A stretch of DNA of 64,000 nucleotides. It comes from Candidatus Omnitrophota bacterium (GTDB taxonomy: Bacteria > Omnitrophota > Gorgyraeia > Duberdicusellales > 4484-171). The stretch is from NCBI GenBank assembly GCA_003154195.1, contig PMCS01000006.1, forward strand, positions 17,676 to 81,675. Reading direction: 5' to 3'. Position numbers and translations under genes: made by a program. Below are positions 8,788 through 17,049 of this stretch, piece after piece. The notes beneath the pieces are model-generated. The model was not told where the DNA came from. It ran no database searches and saw only the letters and a list, made by a program, of their open reading frames with translations. Positions within the stretch are counted from its first letter, which is position 1. Every line of letters starts with the position of its first letter.

Positions 8788-9840
8788 ATGAAAATATTTA
8801 ATTTTATTTCAAAAGCGATTAACGCGGTGTTGGGTAATTTTACCAGCGATATCGGTATCGATCTGGGTACGGCGACTACGCTTGTCTATTTACGCGGCGA
8901 AGGGATTGTTTTATGCGAACCTTCGGTCGTGGCAATTTATAAAAATACCGGAGAAGTCGCTGCCGTCGGTGAAGAAGCGAAAAGAATGCTCGGCCGGACT
9001 CCGGGAAGCATGAGCGCGATACGTCCGATGAAAGACGGAGTGATCACCGATTTTGAAGTAACGGAAGAGATGCTTAAGTATTTTATAAAGCGAGTAAGGC
9101 CGAAGGGTTTTCATCTGGGAACCAGGATGGTGATTGCCGTTCCCAGCGGTATTACCGAAGTGGAAAAAAGAGCGGTAAAAGATTCGGCGGTGCGCGCGGG
9201 GGTGCGCGAGGTTATCATGGTAGAACAGGCGCGTGCCGCGGCGATCGGCGTGGGCCTGCCGATCGGCGAACCCCAGGGTAATATGATCATTGATATTGGC
9301 GGAGGAACGACGGAAGTAGCCGTAATTTCGCTTTACGGTATGGTTCACGCCCGTTCGATCAGGGTCGGCGGCGACGAAATGGACGAGGCGATCATCGAAC
9401 ATATGAAGAAACACTATAACCTTATGATCGGCGAGCGCAGCGCCGAGGAAATTAAGATAAAAATCGGCTCGGCAGTGCCTTTAGAAGAAGAGTTGACCAT
9501 GGAAGTACGCGGCAGGGACTTGATAACGGGATTGCCGAAATTTATCAGAATTGGTTCCGAGGAAATTCGTGAGGCGTTGAAGGCCCCCTTGAAAGAAATT
9601 TTAGAGGCAACAAAGGTAACCTTAGAGCGTACGCCGCCGGAATTAGCGGCGGATTTGCTGGAACGCGGAATCGTTCTTTGCGGAGGAGGTTCTCTCCTGC
9701 GCGGTATCGATAAGTTGATTTCGGATGAGACCGGCCTGGCATGTTTCGTTGCCGACGATCCCCTGACTGCCGTCGCGCTGGGGACCGGCAAAATTTTAGA
9801 AGATCCTAAATTCTTGACCAAGATTTCCCTCGTGTCCTAA
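8788..9840 (+). CDS. mreB: Rod shape-determining protein MreB
   Basis: [44 protein letters not shown] and [34 protein letters not shown]. The track ORF starts at a TTG (8722). Alignment to MreB N-termini favours ATG 8788. TTGACA(8751-8756)-17 nt-TATTAT lies just upstream, so the mRNA may be leaderless. Confidence 0.93.
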   Translation: MKIFNFISKAINAVLGNFTSDIGIDLGTATTLVYLRGEGIVLCEPSVVAIYKNTGEVAAVGEEAKRMLGRTPGSMSAIRPMKDGVITDFEVTEEMLKYFIKRVRPKGFHLGTRMVIAVPSGITEVEKRAVKDSAVRAGVREVIMVEQARAAAIGVGLPIGEPQGNMIIDIGGGTTEVAVISLYGMVHARSIRVGGDEMDEAIIEHMKKHYNLMIGERSAEEIKIKIGSAVPLEEELTMEVRGRDLITGLPKFIRIGSEEIREALKAPLKEILEATKVTLERTPPELAADLLERGIVLCGGGSLLRGIDKLISDETGLACFVADDPLTAVALGTGKILEDPKFLTKISLVS

Positions 9841-9900
9841 TCCGGCTCCGCCGGATTAGATGACCGAAAAATGAGCTTCGCGCATTTTTCGGTTCGTGAA
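9841..9900 (+). terminator. Two hairpins after mreB (aatccggc-tccg-ccggatt; ccgaaaaatg-agcttcgcg-catttttcgg)
   Basis: Seen directly. The second hairpin is followed by ttcgtg, so a weak U-tract; possible terminator or attenuator between mreB and mreC. Confidence 0.4.
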
Positions 9901-9949
9901 AACTCACACTCTTTCCGCCAGTAAAACACTTCATTAAGATACTTTAATA

Positions 9950-10015
9950 AGACACTTTAAGTCAGACCATTTTTGTCTTATATAACACACTTTAAGCCAG
10001 ACTTGTTTTGTATCA
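9950..10015. repeat. Two to three tandem about 33-bp direct repeats containing ACTTTAAG(T/C)CAGAC
   Basis: gacactttaagtcagaccatttttgtcttata / acacactttaagccagacttgttttgtatcat, plus an upstream half-copy atactttaataag. Confidence 0.6.
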
Positions 10016-10085
10016 TTTAAGGAAAAAATCAATCTTCTAATTATTTTTTGTTTTGATTTTATTCCTTTTCATTCGTGTTCCTGCC

Positions 10086-10114
10086 TTGTCGATAAGCCGA
10101 CTCCGTGGTATAAT
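10086..10114 (+). promoter_or_regulatory. Sigma-70-like promoter with extended -10 (TTGTCG -17 nt- TGgTATAAT) directed toward mreC
   Basis: Hexamers read directly. The transcript would include the GC-rich hairpin repeat 10163..10258 in its 5' UTR. Confidence 0.5.
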
Positions 10115-10162
10115 CCCTTGTATAGTGTTACAGGGTGTTAAAAATACTTTAAAAACAAACAC

Positions 10163-10258
10163 ACCGCATTTTTCCCTGCCTGCCCTCGGCTTCGCCGCGA
10201 GGCGAGCCGGTAGGCAGGACGCAGCCGGAAAAATGCGTCAAACGCATTTTTCCGGCTT
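10163..10258. repeat. GC-rich hairpin module (family G): gcatttttccctgcctgccctcggcttcgccgcgaggcgagccggtaggcagg + ccggaaaaatgcgtcaaacgcatttttccgg
   Basis: Nested inverted repeats seen directly. Related copy at 11631..11834. Confidence 0.8.
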
Positions 10259-10978
10259 GTGATAAATACGAAAATCCCCAAATATACAATCGTAGCCTTG
10301 TTGCTTATCATCTGTACCCTGCCTTTTAGGAATTTTATCGAGGGCGCTTTTCTGTTTTTTTCCCGGCGGCTTATCGTTACCGGCCCGTATTCTTATCAGC
10401 TTAAATTTCAAGAAGCAAAAAGGCAGAACCTTGGTTTGATTATGCAAATCCGCCGGCTTCGTTATCTGCAAACCGAGAACGAACGTTTGCGTAAGGCCCT
10501 TCAATTTAAAGAGGCGCACGCGGCGGATTTAATCGAGGCCAATATAATTTCGTTTAACCCCTCAAGCTGGCGCCGGATCGTCAACGTTGATATCGGCAAA
10601 CGCGCGGGGGTAAAGGATGGCTTGCTGGCGGTAAATGAAGAAGGTTATTTTGTCGGTAAACTCGGCGAGGTCAGGAATAGTTATTCGCGCTTGATTCTTG
10701 CCGATGATGTCGATTGCTCGATACCGGTTTTTATCGGCGAGTCTTCTTACGGTTTGCTGAAGGGGGGATTAAAAGGGGCAAAGGTTTTCTATGTTGAAGC
10801 GGAAGATAAAATCGAAATGGGGCAAAAAGTTTGGATAAAACTATCCTCCCTATCGTTTCCGATTTATGTGGGCCGGGTCATTAAGGCTTCAAAAGATTCG
10901 GAAGGGTTATTCTGGGATATCAACGTGGAACTATCCGCCGGGAATCCGCTGCTGGGCGAAATCTTTATCCTGAAATAA
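10259..10978 (+). CDS. mreC: Rod shape-determining protein MreC
   Basis: GTG start. N-terminal TM helix, a coiled-coil (RRLRYLQTENERLRKALQFKE), then beta-rich domains SRLILADDVDCSIPVFIG. Position between mreB and mreD. Confidence 0.85.
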   Translation: MINTKIPKYTIVALLLIICTLPFRNFIEGAFLFFSRRLIVTGPYSYQLKFQEAKRQNLGLIMQIRRLRYLQTENERLRKALQFKEAHAADLIEANIISFNPSSWRRIVNVDIGKRAGVKDGLLAVNEEGYFVGKLGEVRNSYSRLILADDVDCSIPVFIGESSYGLLKGGLKGAKVFYVEAEDKIEMGQKVWIKLSSLSFPIYVGRVIKASKDSEGLFWDINVELSAGNPLLGEIFILK

Positions 10979-11040
10979 TTTTATCTTACGGTTTACCGTA
11001 AGATAAAATTATCGGCAAATCCGCCGGAGGCGGATTTGGA
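10979..11040 (+). terminator. Reusable terminator cassette: palindrome aattttatcttacggtttaccgtaagataaaatt + atcggcaaatccgccggaggcggatttgga
   Basis: Begins at the mreC stop codon. A near-identical cassette (variant first palindrome, identical second hairpin) follows the lipoprotein gene at 30976..31047. Confidence 0.6.
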
Positions 11041-11070
11041 TTAAACACACGACAAATAATCTATTGGTTT

Positions 11071-11192
11071 TCATCCGCGCAAGCGGATGATGATTATTTT
11101 TTGCGGAGCTTCAAATCCCCTCCGGGGATAATTCGGCTGCCATCTCACGCTACGCGCTATCGCGCTTGCGTTCGATGAAGCCTCATTAATAA
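11071..11192. repeat. Mosaic repeat (CTCATTAA family) abutting the mreD start
   Basis: tcatccgcgcaagcggatga hairpin (covaries with cattcgcgtaagcgaatg at 1436); ttttttgcggagc; cccctccggggataattcggctgccatctcacg; ctacgcgctatcgcgcttgcg; gatgaagcctcattaataaATG. Confidence 0.85.
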
Positions 11193-11630
11193 ATGAAAGG
11201 AAAAAAACTTAATATAATTGGCATTCTACTCTTTTTGTTATTTTTAGATGCTTTTCGGCCATGGGGATATTTATTGCAAGTTGAGTTTGTTTTTTTAGGA
11301 ATTATTTGCCTTGCCCTGTATTGCCCGTTTAATTTTTCCTTTATCAGCGCAATCGCCCTTGGGTATTTGCGGGACTGTCTTTGCGGTACTTTCTTTTTGA
11401 CTTCCCTTGAATTTCCCGCGCTGGTATTTTTTATTGCCTACTCCAAAGATGTTTTTACTCACCGGTACGCGAAATTTTTTATAGTTACGGCGGCGCTTGG
11501 CGCGCATATAATCGTAAACAATCTATTCATCGCCGGTTCGGTTTTTCCTTTAGTGTCTTTGTTTGTTTTGCTCTTTTTTTTGCATTCCCTATTCTTTTTT
11601 TTCGTTGTCGAGCGTATCGCTTTCGCTTAA
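11193..11630 (+). CDS. mreD: Rod shape-determining protein MreD (polytopic membrane protein)
   Basis: 145 aa, five predicted TM helices, in the mreBCD position. The assignment rests on genomic context. Confidence 0.7.
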   Translation: MKGKKLNIIGILLFLLFLDAFRPWGYLLQVEFVFLGIICLALYCPFNFSFISAIALGYLRDCLCGTFFLTSLEFPALVFFIAYSKDVFTHRYAKFFIVTAALGAHIIVNNLFIAGSVFPLVSLFVLLFFLHSLFFFFVVERIAFA

Positions 11631-11834
11631 CCGGGAAAATGCGGTTACGCATTTTTCCGGTCTGGCCTGCCTGCCGGCTCGCCTCGCGGCGTCCGCCTCG
11701 GCGAGCCTTCGGCGAGACGGGAAGCCGAGGGCAGGCAGGGAAAAAAATGCCGGCAGGCAAGCGTCAAAAGCCCGCGGCCTCCCTCGGCTTCGCCGAGAGG
11801 CGAGCGCCGCGAGGCGGGCATTTTTCCGGTTAAT
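11631..11834. repeat. GC-rich hairpin module cluster (family G) filling the mreD-mrdA gap
   Basis: ccgggaaaatgcggttacgcatttttccgg; cctgcctgccggctcgcctcgcggcg...gccgagggcaggcagg; ...cctccctcggcttcgccgagaggcgagc...cgggcatttttccgg. The Arg/Pro-rich six-frame ORFs here are artefacts of the repeat. Confidence 0.85.
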
Positions 11835-13526
11835 ATGAATTACTATTTTATCCGCCGCCTGTATATATTCGGCCTGACGATTCTGGTTATCGCGCTTTTT
11901 TATTCCCAGATTATCCGGGGGAATTATTATCTGGAGCGGGCGAAAAACAATTACGTGCGGGTTATCCCCCTGCGTTCAAAAAGAGGCACGATTTATGACC
12001 GCAACGGCCTGCCTCTCGCTTACGATAACGCGTCGTTTAACATTGCGGTAATACCCTGCCAGATAAAAAATAAAAAAGATTCATTATTCCGGGAACTCGC
12101 CGCTGCGCTGGGATCAGACATCAATATTATTTTACGTAATTACAGCCGCGAGCTGATTAATTATTTCAGCCCGATCGATGTAGCAATCAACATTGATAAG
12201 TCAAAAGCTTTCCAGATCCAGGAAAAATTCAAAGATGTGTTGATCGACCCGCAGCCGCGGCGTTACTATCCTTATCCCCGCGAATTCTCTCATATTTTAG
12301 GATATGTGAAGCGGCAGGATAGTTTTTATGAGAGTTTTAAGAAATATGGTTACGCGCCTTCCGAATACGCGGGGGTTACCGGCATCGAGCAGTATTACGA
12401 TAGTTATTTAAAAGGCGAGGATGGCGGTAATTTAATCGAAATAAATGCCCGGGGCCAGGTAGTAGGGTTTTTAGGCGAACAAAAAGCCCATAAGGGGCAG
12501 GATATCTATCTGACGATCGACGCGCGTTGGCAAAAAATAGTTTTTGATGAACTGGGAGGGCGCATCGGCGCGGTCATTATTATGGATTCCCAGAGTGGTG
12601 AGATCATCGCCATGGTTTCATCCCCCGCGTTCGATCCCAATCAATTTTTAAAAGGTAAGGGCTTAGCGGAAATGCGCGACGAGCGCCACCCGCTGCTTAA
12701 CCGGGCGATTCAGTCCGCTTGCCAGATGGGCTCTACGATAAAACCGATAATCGCTCTCGCCGCGCTGCAAGAAAAAAAAATAACTCCCGCATCCACTTTT
12801 ATTTGCAACGGCACAATGAATCTCGGCCGCGCGTCTTTCCATTGCCTCCATACTCACGGCGCCCAGGATTTATACCAGGGAATAGCGCACTCCTGTAATA
12901 TTTATTTTTATAACGTCGCTTTACGGCTCGGCCCCGATAATATAACAAAGTGGGCAAAACGATTCCGGCTGGACGCAGTTACGGATATCGATTTGCCTTA
13001 CGAGGGGAAAGGTTTTATGCCGACCGTAGAATGGAAGGAGAGAGTTTTAAAAAGTAAATGGTTTGACGGCGATACCTGCAATTTAGCCATCGGCCAGGGT
13101 TCGAGCCAGGTTACCCCTCTGGAGAATTTGTTGGCGATGAATGTGTTCGCGACCTCAGGATATTTAGTGAGGCCCCATCTTTTTAAAAAAGTGGAGGATA
13201 CCGATTCCGGTTTTGGCGAAAGGAATTACCTCGGCGCGGATATCGCCAATATTGATATTGTCAAGACGGGCTTACGCGATGTCGTCGAGGGGGAGGGCGG
13301 CACGGCGCATATTCTAAAAGAATTAAATCTGAAGATCGCCGGCAAAACCGGAACCGCTCAGGTAGGGCCGGGAAAGTCTCCTCACGGATGGTTTCTCGGC
13401 TTTTTTCCCTACGATAATCCCCGATATACTTTTTGCGTATTTCTTGAGCACGGCCAATCAAGCTATATCGCCGTAAAGGCGTTCAAGGCGATTTTGAAAA
13501 AAGCAAGGGAAGGCGGCATTTTATGA
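11835..13526 (+). CDS. mrdA: Penicillin-binding protein 2 (elongasome transpeptidase)
   Basis: N-terminal TM helix, dimerisation domain, and transpeptidase motifs STIKP, SCN and KTGTA. Lies between mreD and rodA. Confidence 0.9.
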   Translation: MNYYFIRRLYIFGLTILVIALFYSQIIRGNYYLERAKNNYVRVIPLRSKRGTIYDRNGLPLAYDNASFNIAVIPCQIKNKKDSLFRELAAALGSDINIILRNYSRELINYFSPIDVAINIDKSKAFQIQEKFKDVLIDPQPRRYYPYPREFSHILGYVKRQDSFYESFKKYGYAPSEYAGVTGIEQYYDSYLKGEDGGNLIEINARGQVVGFLGEQKAHKGQDIYLTIDARWQKIVFDELGGRIGAVIIMDSQSGEIIAMVSSPAFDPNQFLKGKGLAEMRDERHPLLNRAIQSACQMGSTIKPIIALAALQEKKITPASTFICNGTMNLGRASFHCLHTHGAQDLYQGIAHSCNIYFYNVALRLGPDNITKWAKRFRLDAVTDIDLPYEGKGFMPTVEWKERVLKSKWFDGDTCNLAIGQGSSQVTPLENLLAMNVFATSGYLVRPHLFKKVEDTDSGFGERNYLGADIANIDIVKTGLRDVVEGEGGTAHILKELNLKIAGKTGTAQVGPGKSPHGWFLGFFPYDNPRYTFCVFLEHGQSSYIAVKAFKAILKKAREGGIL

Positions 13527-14617
13527 CGGCTCATCATCCTTTACGATTCAGGCTTACTACCGCCAAAACAATAATTTTTTGTTTAGCGATACTTAATGCC
13601 CTGAGCCTGGCCGCTATTTACAGCAGCCTGCACGAAGGGGGAAGTTTTACCGCCCAGGGCCTTTTTTATAAAGAAATTGTCTGGATGATCATTTCCTGGT
13701 TATTTTTGTTATTTTTTTCCTTCGTCAACTACCGTATTTATTATGACCTCGCGTATTTTTTTTATATTTTTAATATAATCCTTCTTTTCATCGTTGGACG
13801 TTTTGGGAAAACCGCGATGGGTGCCACGCGCTGGATCAATATCGCCGGATTTAATTTCCAGCCTTCGGAGGTAGCGAAAATAGCGATAATCTTTCTGTTG
13901 GCGCGTTTTTTCTCTTTTCAGGGCAAGCGCGGTTTTTTGAAAGATTTCCTGGTTCCCCTGGTTTTAGTCGGATTCAGCAGCCTGATCATCCTTAAGCAGC
14001 CCGACCTGGGCACTGCCCTGATTTTAATCTTTCTTTTCCTTTTAACCGGGTTCGCCTCACAGGTAAAAAAAAGATATTTTGTGTTTTTACTTATCGCCGG
14101 CATAGCGGCCGCGCCGTTTTTATTTAACCATCTTAAGGATTATCAAAAAAAACGCCTTATTGTTTTCGTTAACCCCAATGCCGACCCCCTGGGCGCCGGT
14201 TACACGATAATCCAGTCGAAAATCGCCGTCGGTTCCGGACGGTTTTTCGGCAAAGGTTTTTTATCGGGAACGCAGAATCAATTTAACTTTTTACCGGAGC
14301 GCCATACCGATTTTATTTTTACCGTAATCGGCGAAGAGGGAGGGCTTCTCGGTTCGCTCTTCCTTATTTTAATATACTGGCTGATCATCAATACGATTTT
14401 AAAGGAAACCGACCGCCTGAAAGACCCTTTTGCGCAGTATCTGTGTTTCGCGATTGCGACCTTGTTCTTTCTCCATTTGTTTATCAATGTCGGCATGACT
14501 CTGGGGATACTTCCGGTTGTCGGCGTGCCTTTTCTTTTTATGAGTTACGGCGGGACCCACCTGATGGCGAGTTTTATTCTGGCGGGGATATTTCTTAATA
14601 TCTGTCACTCCGAATAA
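13523..14617 (+). CDS. rodA: Peptidoglycan glycosyltransferase RodA (SEDS family)
   Basis: ATGA overlap with the mrdA stop. Ten TM helices with typical SEDS segments GATRWINIAGFNFQPSE and AVGSGRFFGKGFLSGTQ. Confidence 0.9.
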   Translation: MTAHHPLRFRLTTAKTIIFCLAILNALSLAAIYSSLHEGGSFTAQGLFYKEIVWMIISWLFLLFFSFVNYRIYYDLAYFFYIFNIILLFIVGRFGKTAMGATRWINIAGFNFQPSEVAKIAIIFLLARFFSFQGKRGFLKDFLVPLVLVGFSSLIILKQPDLGTALILIFLFLLTGFASQVKKRYFVFLLIAGIAAAPFLFNHLKDYQKKRLIVFVNPNADPLGAGYTIIQSKIAVGSGRFFGKGFLSGTQNQFNFLPERHTDFIFTVIGEEGGLLGSLFLILIYWLIINTILKETDRLKDPFAQYLCFAIATLFFLHLFINVGMTLGILPVVGVPFLFMSYGGTHLMASFILAGIFLNICHSE

Positions 14618-14619
14618 AG

Positions 14620-14692
14620 AAAATTCCGTGCCGGAATTTTCTTTATGAAGGAAAAATACAGTCTGATGAAACGGCTGTATTTTTCTCGAAAT
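14620..14692 (+). terminator. Rho-independent terminator(s) after rodA (agaaaattccg-tgc-cggaattttct + ttat; second hairpin aaaatacagtc...ctgtattttt)
   Basis: Stem-loops followed by T-runs, seen directly. Confidence 0.7.
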
Positions 14693-14878
14693 CGAAGATA
14701 TTATTAGCTAAAATACTTCTTTTGCCAAATTTCCCATGTTATACGGACTCCGTATAATATGATATTACGAAGCAAAGACGGATAAATTAAATAAAAAAGT
14801 GCTATTTTTTGTATGAAAACGGTTTATTTTTGTTAAAATAATCATGGGTAACACAGAAAACACCGAATCCGTATATTA

Positions 14879-15120
14879 ATTGTTGCGCGAAATCCAAATA
14901 ATATAGAACCAGTATTTATTTCGCGCAACGCGGAGCTCAGGCTTCGCCGTTCCGCGCTTTGTCGCGCCTAAATTCAAAAATCGTACGCGCAACAAATCGC
15001 TACAGCGGAATACGCAAAATATAAGCAGGTAAATGCGCCACCTGTATTATCAAAGGAACGCGCACTTACCTGCCACCTACACTTTGCGTATTCCGCTGAG
15101 CTCCGCGTTATGCATAAATT
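14879..15120. repeat. Element A copy 1 (basic form, about 240 bp): 12-bp terminal hairpin gttgcgcgaaat...atttcgcgcaac, large inverted repeat cgcggagctcagg...cctgagctccgcg enclosing nested palindromes
   Basis: Internal palindrome cagcggaatacgcaaaatataagcaggtaa / ttacctgccacctacactttgcgtattccgctg. Two longer copies with a nested insertion are at 16612..17016 and 21062..21510. Confidence 0.9.
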
Positions 15121-15165
15121 AATACAAAAAATCAATCGAATCGAAAATAAAAAATAAAAAAATGT

Positions 15166-15190
15166 GTAGGGACAGGCCTAAGGCCTGTCC
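15166..15190. repeat. REP-like hairpin GTAG-GGACAGGCC-TAA-GGCCTGTCC, 22 nt upstream of the RAYT start
   Basis: 5' GTAG tetranucleotide followed by a perfect 9-bp palindrome. An exact inverted copy lies inside the RAYT ORF at 15496..15520. Confidence 0.8.
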
Positions 15191-15212
15191 AATACCAAAT
15201 ACCAAATAAAAA

Positions 15213-15788
15213 ATGACAAAAATATTAACACGCAAAGCGAATATACGTTTATCGGGATACGATTATACCCGATCAAATCATTATTACGTCACCGCCTGCA
15301 CCGAAAATAAACGCGAATGGTTCGGGGAAATTAAAAATAATGAAATGATATTGAATTCATACGGTAAAATCTGTTTAGAGCACCTGCAAAATCTGCCCGT
15401 TTATTATAAAAATATCAAAATTGATACGTTTGTAATTATGCCCAACCACTTTCATGCGATAATCATTATGCAAAATAATCAAATAAATCATAGCGGACAG
15501 GCCTTAGGCCTGTCCCTACATATATCGCAAAATAAATCATTGTCGAAAATTATCGGCGATTATAAATCGTTTTCTTCACGGGAAATTAATAAAATAACGG
15601 ACAATGGCCATAAATTCAAATGGCAACGCTCGTTTTATGACCACATAATCAGAAACGAAAAATCTCTGCGGAAAATCCGTGAATACATTACCAATAATCC
15701 CGTTGCCTGGGCGGAAGACGAGGAAAATATCAAGTGCATAACCATCAAATCCAGCCGACCTGAACCGTCCTGCTTCGCCCTTCGATAG
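15213..15788 (+). CDS. REP-associated tyrosine transposase (RAYT; IS200/IS605-like Y1 HuH transposase)
   Basis: HuH motif MPNHFHAII and catalytic Tyr context KWQRSFYDHIIRNE, about 67 aa apart. 191 aa, longer than IS200 TnpA and typical of RAYTs. Flanked by GTAG-type REP hairpins and element A copies. Confidence 0.8.
   Translation: MTKILTRKANIRLSGYDYTRSNHYYVTACTENKREWFGEIKNNEMILNSYGKICLEHLQNLPVYYKNIKIDTFVIMPNHFHAIIIMQNNQINHSGQALGLSLHISQNKSLSKIIGDYKSFSSREINKITDNGHKFKWQRSFYDHIIRNEKSLRKIREYITNNPVAWAEDEENIKCITIKSSRPEPSCFALR
15496..15520. repeat. Inverted copy of the GTAG REP hairpin (GGACAGGCCTTAGGCCTGTCC-CTAC), in frame inside the RAYT ORF
   Basis: Exact reverse complement of 15165..15190. Encodes SGQALGLSL in the RAYT reading frame. 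Confidence 0.8.
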
Positions 15789-15789
15789 G

Positions 15790-15850
15790 AAGTGGATAGC
15801 TTTGACGGGCTTCGCAGAGACAGGCCGGCACGAACGGTTCAGGCGGCTGA
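15790..15850. repeat. Inverted repeat gccgacctgaaccgtcc ... ggcacgaacggttcaggcggc just after the RAYT stop
   Basis: 10-bp arms cctgaaccgt / acggttcagg, seen directly. Confidence 0.6.
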
Positions 15851-15862
15851 TTATATTGTTAG

Positions 15863-16546
15863 ATGAAAATAAATATGAAAAATACATCACGAATAATCAT
15901 CTTTCTTCTTGTAGCGTCATCTGTTTTGCCATGTCGTGCAAAACAGATAAATGATCTTCGCCAAGCAGCCATTAATTATGTTGTTGCCGAACATGGACCG
16001 CAAGCAATGGGCATGAAGGAAATTTCATCAGGACAACAGAAAGGCCTAATCGTAACCGTCGAGAAACCACAGTCAAATGACAAGGCCATGTATTGGGTGA
16101 CATTTGAAGAGTCAACGCCCGTATACGCTGGAAAACCACGACCGCAAGAGAAACAGAATCTGCTTCATGCGCTTAGAATTATCGGTCCCGAATTCAGAGG
16201 CGTGTATAACGAGCGCTTGTCGGACGAAGAATTCCAGGCATTATCCGCACTGAAATCACCAAGGGATATCTTGGTTCGGGAGCCGATCGCGCAGGCGATC
16301 ATAAAAGAAAAGGTGTTACCGGGGATTGCCAGAGAATTGCAGGAAGGTCAGTTTTTCGCCAGAGAAACAGAAGCCCACTATTTTATCTTTGACTTTAGCA
16401 CAATGTCGAATAGGGGTCTAACTGGGGTCACTGTATTAGTTGATGAAGATGGGACCGTTATAACGAAATATGAACATATTGCACCAGATGATCTAGCAGC
16501 TAACAAGCCGAATGAAAAAACTACGGGAACAAGCACTGAAAGCTGA
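15863..16546 (+). CDS. Hypothetical secreted protein (signal peptide; possible lipoprotein)
   Basis: N-terminal MKINMKNTSRIIIFLLVASSVLPC signal. Nothing in the sequence indicates a function. Lies in the low-GC island. Confidence 0.55.
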   Translation: MKINMKNTSRIIIFLLVASSVLPCRAKQINDLRQAAINYVVAEHGPQAMGMKEISSGQQKGLIVTVEKPQSNDKAMYWVTFEESTPVYAGKPRPQEKQNLLHALRIIGPEFRGVYNERLSDEEFQALSALKSPRDILVREPIAQAIIKEKVLPGIARELQEGQFFARETEAHYFIFDFSTMSNRGLTGVTVLVDEDGTVITKYEHIAPDDLAANKPNEKTTGTSTES

Positions 16547-16555
16547 AAATAAATT

Positions 16556-17016
16556 TAATATCTAACAATTTCATCCAGCGGACTTTGCCTGCGGCAAAAC
16601 CGCTGATTATTATGTTGCGCGAAATCCAAATAATATGGAATCAGTATTTATTAATGAGACTTCGCCGAATGAACGCGCGCAGCGCGTTCGGTGAGGCGGT
16701 AGTGAAACTTATCCCGCCGTATTCGGCGGGATGTAGTTGAACTATCCCCGCAGGGGGTAGTCGAATTAGCGCAACGCGGAGCTCAGGCTTCGCCGTTCCG
16801 CGCTTTGTCGCGCCTAAATTCAAAAATCGTACGCGCACGATACACCTTAATGTAAGTATTCGGTAAGTCCCGCTGAACCGTAGAGGTGAAGCGGGGACAA
16901 ATCGCTCCAGCAGAATACGCAAAATGTAAGCAGGTAAATGCGCCGCCTGTATCATTCAAAGGAACGCGCACTTACCTGCCACCTACACTTTGCGTATTCC
17001 GCTGAGCTCCGCGTTA
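16556..17016. repeat. Terminator cassette T1 (16556-16611) plus element A copy 2 with a nested reverse-oriented CTCATTAA-family insertion
   Basis: T1 is atctaacaatttcatccagcggactttgcctgcggcaaaaccgctgattatt. A2 begins gttgcgcgaaatccaaataatatggaatcagtatttatt. An inserted segment ttaatgagacttcgccg...gggatagttcaactacatcccgccg follows, then the cgcggagctcagg...ctgagctccgcgtta body. The antisense ORF 16641..16955 is repeat-derived. Confidence 0.9.
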
Positions 17017-17049
17017 GATGTAAAATATAAATAAAACGGGGCGCAAAAA

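Noticed and set aside
9950-10015. Tandem direct repeats considered as a CRISPR array
   Set aside because: There are only two to three about 33-bp units that are themselves similar with no unique spacers and no cas genes. They are more likely iterated binding sites.
11527-11838. Three overlapping Arg/Pro/Ala-rich ORFs (11527..11760 -, 11563..11838 +, 11639..11833 +) between mreD and mrdA
   Set aside because: They lie entirely within the GC-rich hairpin repeat cluster. Their composition is an artefact of the palindromic GC-rich DNA, they overlap one another in several frames, and they have no RBS.
16641-16971. ORFs 16641..16955 (-) and 16783..16971 (-), with a near-identical ORF at 21092..21361 (-)
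   Set aside because: The similarity between them is DNA-level identity of element A copies. They run antisense through nested palindromes, and differences between copies are not synonymous-biased.
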